Assembly: GCA_002320775.1 (NCBI GenBank)
Contig: DCKY01000283.1
Location: forward strand, 1 to 58,840
Length of the DNA stretch: 58,840 nt
Origin: Planctomycetes bacterium UBA1662
Lineage (GTDB): Bacteria; Planctomycetota; UBA8108
Direction: 5' to 3'
The notes under the pieces were generated by a model that worked only from the letters and a program-made list of their open reading frames with translations, was not told the origin of the DNA and made no database searches. The position numbers and the translations under genes were made by a program. The stretch's first letter is position 1. Each line of letters begins with the position of its first letter. Shown here piece by piece: positions 6,764-14,885 of this stretch.

Positions 6764-9391
6764 TCAGATTCCTGTTCCGAACAGCCTGGCTTCCTCTTCA
6801 TGAACAACGGTAATGTGGGTATTAATCAGCACAAACAGGTTCGAGCGCAGGGCGGCATTCGCATTGCGACCGAAGAAGAGGTTCGCCAGGGGAAGCCTGC
6901 GCAACGCGGGCAACCCAATGGAAGCCTCCTGCTTGACCTCACGCTTCAAGCCGCCAAGAAGAACGGTTCCGCCGTCAGGCACGTTCACTGTCGTCTTGAT
7001 CTTGGTTACAGAAACGACCGGCAGCTGCACCGGAACCGTGGTGAATCCTCCTGAGAGGTTCAACAGGGCCTGCGACTCGCCGATCTGTTCGGCCAGCGTC
7101 GGCTGGATCTCCAGGACGACGTACTTCCGATCAAAGCTGATCGTCGGCCTGACCTCCAGAATGGAGCCGGTGTTGAGCACCCCAATAACGGGGTTGATAA
7201 CGGGAATGACACCCGTCTGGTTCACCTCGAGGTCCTGGATATACGCCGCCTGGTTAACAACCAGCGTATGGGCCGTCTGGGTGTTGAAAGCGGTTACCCT
7301 GGGAGAATTCAACCTGCGAATCTCCTGGTCCTTAGCAACACCGGTCAGCAGAGCCTCGAGGACAAAGCGATCAGGATTGATCGCGTTCACCTGGTAGGAG
7401 CCGCCGCCTGTACCGGAAAGATTAAACGGATTGACCTGGGAGCCCAGCGGATTGCTGAGAGCGCCAATGCTGGCCACGCGAAGATTCATTTCACCCCCGG
7501 CATCCGTAAACTCATAGCCGGGATTCAGAGCCGTACCATTGCCATCAATATCGGGGATCGTATTGGGCAGGAAGTTGGCCTGGGAATTTCCAATATTAAT
7601 TCCAATAGACTCGAGGAAGTTGTCCTGGATATCGAGGAATCGGGATTCAACCGTCACCATCATGCCGGTAGCCTTACGGAACCGTTCCAGAATTTTGGCA
7701 AGCTTGATATGGTTCTGAAGCGTAGTGAGAGCCATGAGCTTACCGCCGGGGTGAATTCGAATTCCTTCGACCTCTTCCTCCCCCTCGGCGTCGCCACCCG
7801 CATTGAGCTCGCGGGCGATGAGGCTCAGGAGTTCATCCTTCTCATAGACGTCTCCAGCCGACTCTTCTTCCTCATCGCCAAAGGCGATGTCGGCGGCCGC
7901 GTCGACATCACTCTGTCCCGCCATCTCCTCGAGTGCGAGGTCATCAGCGGGGAAGTCGGGACGCTTATCCACAAGATCACTGATCTCGTAAAAGCGCAGG
8001 TACTTGGGCTCCTGGAGCTGCTCTTCATCTTCAGCAATCACGACAGCGCCTTCCCTGATGACATAGCCGACTCCGTCACCGGCATTCTTCAGCAAAAAGG
8101 CCAGGACATTGCTCAAGGGCAGGTTGTTCAGGGTCTCCAGCTGGACCTCGGTATCACCGATATCCGTTGACTGGATAAAGAAGTTGACCCCCGTAAGTCC
8201 CTGCAGGTCGCTGAGAGCTTCACGCAGCGGCACGGGTTCTTCGAGTCCGTAGGTGATCGACTGGGCGAGCTTCCTGCGGATCTCTTTCTCGAGGGGCGAT
8301 TCGAACTTGGCGATCTGTTCCTCGATGGTCACCACCTTGGGAGACAGGCGAATCCACTCGTCCTTGTCAGGATAGCGGAAGATGTCCTGGTAGATCACAG
8401 AGGACTCCAGCACGCCGAGCACCGCCTTGCGATAGTTGTCTATATTCGCGCGCAGGAGCATGTCAAGCTGCTGAATGTGGTGGTGTTCCCGCGAAAGTCG
8501 GTTCTGATTCTGAGCATCTTCATCGTGGGGATTCAGGGAGAGGATCTTTTCATAGAGCTCTCCGGCCTTGTCATAATCATGGTTTTCCCTGGCCGCGGTC
8601 GCGCGGCGGCGGAGAGCCCGAATATGGTTCTCGATAAAATCGAGAGACTCGGCTTCCTGCTCACGCTTGCTCTGCTGAATCATGCGCAGGAGGGTCTGCT
8701 GATCCTCGAAGTCTTTGCGCTTCTTCTCGGATTCGCTCCTGGCGAGTCCCTGCTTGGCGCGCTCAAGATAGGCATCGATACCGAGGTCGAAGGGAGCATG
8801 GTTGATCCCATCAATCGCCCGGTTGTAGCTGTCGATAGCCTTGTCGTATTCACTGCTCTCGAAAAACTGCATGGCACGATTGAGCTGACGCTCGATCTCA
8901 TAGCGAAGCATCTGCCTCTGGACCATGAGCTGCTCACGAATATCCTTGGCGACCACGGGCACCTCGCCCCTGCGGTCTCCGCGAAGCATGCGAACCTCAT
9001 CGAGGAGTTGCTGGGCGGGCTCGTTGGAGGGCCAGAGATTCAGAGCCTGCTGAAGCTTCAGCTCGGCCTCGAACAATTCACCGAGGATTCGGTGCTTGCG
9101 AGCTTCGCCGACCAGGGAGGTTGAGGCCCCCTGGTTAACCTTGCCCGTCTCGCGCATGCGCTTGATGACATCGCCCGCATTGCCGGGCTCGGACTCCTGA
9201 GCCAGGAGCCCTGAACAGGCGACCAGCAGTACGGTAAACGCGGCCCGCGCTAGAGCGCCAGACCGGCGATAGGATCTCTCCCGTAAACCTTCCATTTCAA
9301 TACCTCGCTCATTTCCATGCTGGCTCTCACGACATCCCCTGAGACTTTCAGGAGCGAATGTTGACATTGGTGATCGTTCAAGCCAATTCAT
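6764..9391 (-). CDS. Secretin (GspD/PilQ family) with N-terminal TPR-like module and acidic insertion
   Basis: The C-terminal secretin domain reads VPDGGTVLLGGLKREVKQEASIGLPALRRLPLANLFFGRNANAALRSNLFVLINTHI. N-domain-like segments lie upstream, and TPR-like helices occupy aa ~95-330 (HDYDKAGELYEKILSLNPHDEDAQ). The more likely start is the ATG at 9295 (MEGLRERSYRRSGALARAAFTVLLVACSG), which has GAGG upstream. Confidence 0.85.
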   Translation of the reverse strand: MNWLERSPMSTFAPESLRGCRESQHGNERGIEMEGLRERSYRRSGALARAAFTVLLVACSGLLAQESEPGNAGDVIKRMRETGKVNQGASTSLVGEARKHRILGELFEAELKLQQALNLWPSNEPAQQLLDEVRMLRGDRRGEVPVVAKDIREQLMVQRQMLRYEIERQLNRAMQFFESSEYDKAIDSYNRAIDGINHAPFDLGIDAYLERAKQGLARSESEKKRKDFEDQQTLLRMIQQSKREQEAESLDFIENHIRALRRRATAARENHDYDKAGELYEKILSLNPHDEDAQNQNRLSREHHHIQQLDMLLRANIDNYRKAVLGVLESSVIYQDIFRYPDKDEWIRLSPKVVTIEEQIAKFESPLEKEIRRKLAQSITYGLEEPVPLREALSDLQGLTGVNFFIQSTDIGDTEVQLETLNNLPLSNVLAFLLKNAGDGVGYVIREGAVVIAEDEEQLQEPKYLRFYEISDLVDKRPDFPADDLALEEMAGQSDVDAAADIAFGDEEEESAGDVYEKDELLSLIARELNAGGDAEGEEEVEGIRIHPGGKLMALTTLQNHIKLAKILERFRKATGMMVTVESRFLDIQDNFLESIGINIGNSQANFLPNTIPDIDGNGTALNPGYEFTDAGGEMNLRVASIGALSNPLGSQVNPFNLSGTGGGSYQVNAINPDRFVLEALLTGVAKDQEIRRLNSPRVTAFNTQTAHTLVVNQAAYIQDLEVNQTGVIPVINPVIGVLNTGSILEVRPTISFDRKYVVLEIQPTLAEQIGESQALLNLSGGFTTVPVQLPVVSVTKIKTTVNVPDGGTVLLGGLKREVKQEASIGLPALRRLPLANLFFGRNANAALRSNLFVLINTHITVVHEEEARLFGTGI

Positions 9392-9888
9392 GCTTTTCCT
9401 CGTTATTAACTTAATTAACCCGCAGACACCCCGTCTGCAAAGTCGGGTGGTTCAAACCCAAATAAACTAAGATTTTTTGAATCCTCAACTCTAACTCCCT
9501 CCGGTCTGAATAAAGACCCGACCGGAAAAAATCAGGCAAGGAATGCCACCGGCAGAACGGCACATCGAGGTAGGTTCCAATCCTGCACCTGCTTAAAGTC
9601 TCCAAAGCGAAAAACACCTGGAAACAAGCCAGTCCAAGCTACCGAGTTCTCAAAAGCCACCCCGAGAAACACGGTTCTTGTGAAGGGCCTACCGTAGCAG
9701 GTTCAAGCGGGCCGCTCGGGAATAGCCCGAACGACAAACTCGATGATCAGCCTGAGGCATCTAAAAATCCAGTTAAAATCTAAAAATGAGACTGTGAACA
9801 ACTTCTTCACAATCTTTCGTTTATGACTTCTCCATTAATCGGGCGAATCCCTGTTATTTCTGTAGCTCTCAATGGAACAGGGAAAGAT

Positions 9889-11097
9889 TTATTCGAATTT
9901 CGTACGTTTCCTCCCACTCGGACTCTTTTTGGGAGTCTCGTTAGCGGGCTTGGCTTTAGAGCCAGAAGTCTTTTTATTTTCAGAACTTGCAGTCTTAGAA
10001 GCAGGTTTTTTTACCGCTGGTTTTTTGGCAGGCCTGGCCGAAGCGCCCTTTTCCGGCTCTTCCGTTTCCTCAGGCTTATCGGGTACTTCAAAAGCCGCCT
10101 CAACCGCATCCCAGGACTCGACGGAAGGCAGATCCTTCTTCTCTTTCTTGAAAACAAGCCTCTTACCGGTGAGATGATCGTCGATCGTCACACCGTGGTA
10201 TTTGCTGTCCTTCTCGGGAACGATCCTTCGAATTCCAAAACGCGGCTTGCCATTGTGGGCTTCGCCAAAGGTGGCTCCCTTGCCCCAGGCTTCCTCCGGC
10301 GTACGACTCTTCATGGTCACCTTGGCGCCCTTTGAGTAATCCCAGTAAGTGATCTGCCCGAGCAACTTCGGCTCAATCTGCTCATCTACATAGCGGCTGA
10401 CCTTGAGTGCCAGGTCCATCGGAACGGCAGATTCTGTCGCCAGTTCATTTGAGCTCCTGTTCGCCGCCGTAGCAGCCAGAATCGGCGCAGGAAGACCTTC
10501 CTCAACCTGCCCGGGAACCGCAATCGTGCTGAAACGATAGCCGTAGATCTTTCCAGACTGGATGTCAGCGTCTTCATAAACGAAGTCACTGACCTCCTCA
10601 AAGCCTTCAATAGCCTTGAACTCTTCTTCTCCAGCTTTGCGTTCGAGAATGATCTTCTCAATCTCGACATGCTGATTCTTGGAAGAAAGTTTTCCGGTTA
10701 TACGCAGGGAAGAGCTCTTCGTCGCTGCATCGCGAACGAGCTCAATGGAGACCACTCCGCCAGGCTCATGGACTGCTACCGGGGCAGGAACATCATTCCA
10801 TAACCTCAGTGAGGCCGGCTTGTTCTCAGTAATCCAGGAGGCCTTCTCTACACTGCTGTTAACCGCCCACATGGAGCGCAATTCGCTCGACCACTGCGGG
10901 GTTTCCTCAATGAGCGTGGTGTTGGCGTCATTAACCTTCTGTTTCAACTTCTTCAGTTGCTTCTTCACCGAGTCCTCAGTCTCAGAAGCAGTGCTGCTGA
11001 CAAAGGAGGGAATCGCAAGTAGAACCAGGCTGAGAATGCCGGCGACCACGTATGAAATTACATCGAGTTTTTGTTTCAGTTGTGAATTATCTGACAT
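9889..11097 (-). CDS. Membrane-anchored hypothetical protein with Lys/Pro-rich basic C-terminal tail; occupies the PilP slot
   Basis: Has a single N-terminal TM segment (VISYVVAGILSLVLLAIPSFV) and a beta-rich middle region. The C-terminus reads KPEETEEPEKGASARPAKKPAVKKPASKTASSENKKTSGSKAKPANETPKKSPSGRKRTKFE. Its ATG lies 2 nt after the upstream stop. No family was recognised. Confidence 0.55.
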   Translation of the reverse strand: MSDNSQLKQKLDVISYVVAGILSLVLLAIPSFVSSTASETEDSVKKQLKKLKQKVNDANTTLIEETPQWSSELRSMWAVNSSVEKASWITENKPASLRLWNDVPAPVAVHEPGGVVSIELVRDAATKSSSLRITGKLSSKNQHVEIEKIILERKAGEEEFKAIEGFEEVSDFVYEDADIQSGKIYGYRFSTIAVPGQVEEGLPAPILAATAANRSSNELATESAVPMDLALKVSRYVDEQIEPKLLGQITYWDYSKGAKVTMKSRTPEEAWGKGATFGEAHNGKPRFGIRRIVPEKDSKYHGVTIDDHLTGKRLVFKKEKKDLPSVESWDAVEAAFEVPDKPEETEEPEKGASARPAKKPAVKKPASKTASSENKKTSGSKAKPANETPKKSPSGRKRTKFE

Positions 11098-11099
11098 GA

Positions 11100-12098
11100 C
11101 TACCCATCTTCGTCCTCAATATTCTCGGAATCGTCCTCGCTTCGCTCGACACCCTTCCAATTGAGAGCAACCAACTCCAGGCGAACCTTCACCAGCGGCT
11201 CCTGGGCAGCAGGCTCTCCAGCTTTCTCCGCCGCATCCGCGAGAGCGCGCGACTGGAAGGTCTGCTGACGAATGTATTTCGAAAAGTCTTTCACCGAATC
11301 CTCGATCTTCCCGAACTCAACACTCTTGGGCTCAAGAAAGGGGACACGGGAATTCTTGTACAAAACCGCAAGAAGATCTTTGAGCTTGCTGTACTCCATA
11401 TGAATGAGAACACTGGCCCCGACCTTGTCGTAGCTGGCCTTGCTCTTGGGCGTCTCGACCTCCTCCTTCTTGCTGCCTCTGCGCGAGGTCCGCTCCTTTT
11501 CGACCGGGAACTCGATCGACTGCAGGCCGCCAAGACCCAGTTGGTGACAGGCGGCAAAAACCGCCTCGGAGATCCAGTATTGCTTCATCGCCTGCCCCAT
11601 CTTCGCCTGGCCTTCAGGACCTGAGATCTCGGTATCCTTCACCATCTCGACGGTGGGAGTTTTTTTCTCAAGATCTTCTTCCTCTCCCTCTACGGCCGGA
11701 CTGGGGAATTTCTCCCAGTATTTAGCTCTCAGCCCCGTGGTCGGATTCTGGATAGCTGTCTCGTACTGGGCATAGAACACGGATACCGCGGGCAGCTCCG
11801 ATTCATCAGCAAAGAAGAGATGAAAAGCATCACACCTGCGGGAAAATACAGAGACTGCATCTTCAAAGGTCTCCTCCATCTCGGCCTGGGCAGTGTTGAT
11901 CTTCCTGACATACTCCTTGGTAGGAAGAACCTTGCTCTTGAGCAGCCTGCTCAACTTTTTCTCAGCCGAGGTCAACTTCCTGGAATTGGCATCGAGTTCG
12001 CCCTTGGGCACAAAAATCAGAAGGTAACCCCCGCCAAGCAGCAGCAACACCACCAGGGCAACTCCTGGGACGAATAGATTGTTTTTTAGTTTATCCAT
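11100..12098 (-). CDS. PilO-like bitopic protein (architecture resembles Akkermansia Amuc_1100-type proteins)
   Basis: Has an N-terminal TM segment (FVPGVALVVLLLLGGGYLLIF), a coiled region, and a C-terminal segment GASVLIHMEYSKLKDLLAVLYKNSRVPFLEPKSVEF...LVKVRLELVALNW typical of the PilO ferredoxin-like fold. An acidic tail follows. It sits between the PilMN fusion and the secretin. Confidence 0.5.
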   Translation of the reverse strand: MDKLKNNLFVPGVALVVLLLLGGGYLLIFVPKGELDANSRKLTSAEKKLSRLLKSKVLPTKEYVRKINTAQAEMEETFEDAVSVFSRRCDAFHLFFADESELPAVSVFYAQYETAIQNPTTGLRAKYWEKFPSPAVEGEEEDLEKKTPTVEMVKDTEISGPEGQAKMGQAMKQYWISEAVFAACHQLGLGGLQSIEFPVEKERTSRRGSKKEEVETPKSKASYDKVGASVLIHMEYSKLKDLLAVLYKNSRVPFLEPKSVEFGKIEDSVKDFSKYIRQQTFQSRALADAAEKAGEPAAQEPLVKVRLELVALNWKGVERSEDDSENIEDEDG

Positions 12099-12125
12099 GA
12101 TCTTATTTTCCTGGTTACTCCAACC

Positions 12126-14018
12126 CTACCCCTCTTCAGGGGTCTCCTCATCGGCCTCATCTCCCTCCTCAGGATCCTCCTCGGTTTCCAGAGGTCTGGT
12201 CACGAGAACCCAGGAAACCTCGACACTGTCAAAAGGTCTTCCATCCTGGCCTTCATCCGTACCGGCGTCACGGCCGGAAGGAGAAAAGTAGATTTCAGTG
12301 AGGTTAGGCTGAATCGTTCCGATCTGCACCAGGGGACCGCCATCCTTCGCTGGCTTGATATCAAGCCCCTGGGTCTTCAAAGCCGCCTCGAGAGGCGTCT
12401 GGAATTTTTCTTTGATAAAGGCGACCGACTGCTCGGAGCTGTCCTTGCTCTTGACCATCACCCTCACCTTGAATTCATAGGTCGGCTCTGTCGGCGCATC
12501 GCTGCCCTTCTTGGAATCCCTGGCAGAAGGGTCGTCCAAGCGGCTGAAACGGGCCCAGGGAACCCAGAGCCTGTTGGAAAGAATCTCTTCCATCTGCTCT
12601 CCAAGGGAGGGAGCCCCATCCTTGGCAGCGACGGTAAGCGACGGGCTCTTGGAGTTGGGGAAAGTCACCAGGACGGAATCGAGAGCCTGCAACGCGGAGA
12701 GCACCCTGCCTCGCAGTTCGACAGATCCCTTCATCTGCTCAAACAGCATGCCAAATTCATTGCGTGAATCTTCGTAGGTCGTCGTAGCGGCAGTGCCTTT
12801 TTGCAGGGGCTCCATCTTGGCGTTGGCCTCCTGCGTCGTTTCCAAGAAATACTGAGCCGTACTGGTCAGAAGATATCTGCTGACCAGCATAGAAAGCAGG
12901 ATGATCCCGGCGGCTATAAAGACATGCTTCTGCTTGCGTTTGACCACCTTGGCGATCTTGTCTTCAGCCGGCACGAGGTCGACGCCGCAGACGGCGTTGC
13001 CGAGAATCGGCATCGCCGAGCCAAGGGCGGTGGCGAACGCGGGAAGGTTCGCCTGCAGCAGCTTGAGGTTCGCCTCCCGGCTCACCCGGTAGTGGCTGAT
13101 ACCCTGGACCTTCTCAACCGGCATGTCGAGGCTCTCCCGGAGAAAGCGGGGAGCTCCGATGATCTTCGAACCATTACCAAGAAGATAGAGCTTGGAGAAG
13201 GTGGCCTCACCGTGCTGACTCCTGTAGGCGCCTATCGAACGCTGAATCTCAGCGACGAGCTCTTTCAGCTTCGGCTGAATGATGCTCTGGTAGATCTTGA
13301 CCGCCTTGTCAGGCTCCCGTGCAAGAGCCAGCTTCAGCTTCTCGGCCTCTGCGAACCCGAGATTGAAGCGTTCCTGGATCGTCCGGGTGATCTCATTACC
13401 CGAATGTGGAATCGCCCGGATCCAGAACCGTTCTCCGTCCATGAGAAGGAGGTCAGTGTGCGAGGCCCCGATATCGAGAATGATCGAAGGCTCATCCAGT
13501 TCCAGATCGTGAACAGCGTAGTTCAAGACTCCAAGGTAACCGATGGAAACTGACTCAACAGCGAGTTCGTTGTTGGTGAACTCAAGGAGGAAATCCTCGA
13601 CATCATTCCTGCGGATCGCGAAGAGGGCAACCTCTCTCTCCTCGCCGGGAAGGTACTCCCGGTTAACGACGTGGTAATCCCAGATCACCTCGTCGAGAGG
13701 AAACGGAATCTGCTGGGAAGCTTCGTAGCCAACCATCTCATCGACCTTCTTCTGATCAAAGGCCGGCATCTTGATAAACCGGGAAAAAGTCCCCTGGCCG
13801 GGGTGCGCGACGACCACAGGATCCTTCACGCTGTTGCGGGCAAGAAAAACTCCAAGAGCTTCGCGTGCCAGGGCGGCCGTGTCCTCACCCCCGTCACCCA
13901 ACGGATAATCCACCTTGTCGACAGCGACTATTTCAACATTGCCCTGGGAGCGTCTGAGCCTGACAGCCTTCAACGAAGACTTGCCGAGATCAATGCTCCA
14001 AACTGTATTGATTGCCAT
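12126..14018 (-). CDS. pilM: Type IV pilus assembly PilM (actin-like ATPase fold) fused to a PilN-like TM/periplasmic region
   Basis: The N-terminal 350 aa reads WSIDLGKSSLKAVRL...EASQQIPFPLDEV...ILDIGASHTDLLLM...IPHSGNEITRTI, which is the PilM pattern. This is followed by VDLVPAEDKIAKVVKRKQKHVFIAAGIILLSMLV, a PilN NLLP-type motif plus a TM segment. A periplasmic domain and an acidic tail complete the protein. Confidence 0.85.
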   Translation of the reverse strand: MAINTVWSIDLGKSSLKAVRLRRSQGNVEIVAVDKVDYPLGDGGEDTAALAREALGVFLARNSVKDPVVVAHPGQGTFSRFIKMPAFDQKKVDEMVGYEASQQIPFPLDEVIWDYHVVNREYLPGEEREVALFAIRRNDVEDFLLEFTNNELAVESVSIGYLGVLNYAVHDLELDEPSIILDIGASHTDLLLMDGERFWIRAIPHSGNEITRTIQERFNLGFAEAEKLKLALAREPDKAVKIYQSIIQPKLKELVAEIQRSIGAYRSQHGEATFSKLYLLGNGSKIIGAPRFLRESLDMPVEKVQGISHYRVSREANLKLLQANLPAFATALGSAMPILGNAVCGVDLVPAEDKIAKVVKRKQKHVFIAAGIILLSMLVSRYLLTSTAQYFLETTQEANAKMEPLQKGTAATTTYEDSRNEFGMLFEQMKGSVELRGRVLSALQALDSVLVTFPNSKSPSLTVAAKDGAPSLGEQMEEILSNRLWVPWARFSRLDDPSARDSKKGSDAPTEPTYEFKVRVMVKSKDSSEQSVAFIKEKFQTPLEAALKTQGLDIKPAKDGGPLVQIGTIQPNLTEIYFSPSGRDAGTDEGQDGRPFDSVEVSWVLVTRPLETEEDPEEGDEADEETPEEG

Positions 14019-14423
14019 TCCTTGATTCCCTGAATGAGAAACCTATCTCCGGATCATCCTTCCGAAGATTAAATCTGACTCCCGCAGGCAAAGACTTCTC
14101 GCCAAGCGACTCGCTTGAAAGCGCACAGAAGTCATCACGAACAGGCTAAAATTTTGATGTGTTCAGTTCGTAAGAAATCGAGACTACGAAAACCTTCGGA
14201 CAACACCCGAGAGACATGCTCTGTAAATATTCAGACCTGAAGGGGCGAAGCCGCTCCCCCTCTACTAAGTCTAATCAAGAGACCTCAAACGGTCCAAAAT
14301 TCACCTAACACTTTGTTACCATTGTATTTCGCAAGTCTTTAGATCGTATCACAAGCTCCGATAACAAGTCAATCGCAGTGAAAGTTTCCGGTCATAAATC
14401 CTGAATTCAGCCTGATCGTCATT

Positions 14424-14447
14424 CAAAAGCAGGCAACTGAAGCCTGC
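14424..14447 (-). terminator. Candidate rho-independent terminator inside the udg-pilM intergenic region
   Basis: The minus strand reads GCAGGC-ttcagtt-GCCTGC followed by TTTTGAAT. The stem is at 14429-14434 and 14442-14447 and the U-tract is the rc of 14424-14428. Confidence 0.35.
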
Positions 14448-14773
14448 CATCCAGCAAACAAAACCAGGACGGCCCCGAGCTGGATTCAAAACCAGTAGCC
14501 GCCAGGCTACTCGCTCATCCAGACCTCGACGGCCAATCGGTTCGATGCCAGTCAGCCGGCCGCGGCCATCCTGCCCGCACCGGCACATCCATAAATACAG
14601 ACCCCGAGACAGAGAGAAGCACCGCCTCAAAAAGCCGGACCATCTCTCCTGTCACGCACGACCAGGACCACCTGAAAACCAGGCAACCGTTCCCTGATGG
14701 ATGCGCTCTCAACGTCTCTGAAAGTTACTTGCTTTAAAACTCTTACGGACTTGCCCCGAAGGGGCAAAAGGCG

Positions 14774-14803
14774 AGTCTACAGTTTGATGAAACTGTAAGT
14801 CAA
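14774..14803 (-). promoter_or_regulatory. Candidate sigma70-type promoter (TTGACT-N18-TAGACT)
   Basis: The minus strand reads cTTGACTtacagtttcatcaaactgTAGACTcgcc. The -35 box is the rc of 14798-14803 and the -10 box is the rc of 14774-14779. The spacer contains an 8-bp inverted repeat TACAGTTT/AAACTGTA. Confidence 0.3.
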
Positions 14804-14885
14804 GAGACAAGACCTGCCTTCGCGATGGCTGGAAAGATTTCGCATCAAGGCCTGAATCCACTCGTATTTTAAGCACGGTGTATTC

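Noticed and set aside
7268-8170. 300-aa plus-strand ORF; the same reasoning applies to 8477-9124 and 6813-7397
   Set aside because: These ORFs are antisense to the secretin gene, whose C-terminal secretin domain is unambiguous.
9535-9548. Sigma-54-like element TGGCATTCCTTGCC on the minus strand upstream of the secretin
   Set aside because: The GG-to-GC spacing is 2 nt shorter than the strict TGGCAC-N5-TTGC geometry.
14349-14712. Small minus-strand ORFs (93 aa and 65 aa) in the udg-pilM gap
   Set aside because: They are Arg/Cys/Trp/Gly-rich with no RBS and no pilin-like (GFTLIE) or other motif. I treat the region as non-coding.
14019-14885. Possibility that the gap encodes RNase P RNA, tmRNA or SRP RNA
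   Set aside because: I looked by eye for GGAAAGUCCGG and ACAGAACCCGGCUUA (RNase P), a tRNA-like 3' end with a T-loop and CCA context (tmRNA), and the SRP domain IV motif. Only loose resemblances turned up, such as AUGGUCCGGCUU and GGTTCGATGCC without a matching stem. This needs Infernal to settle.
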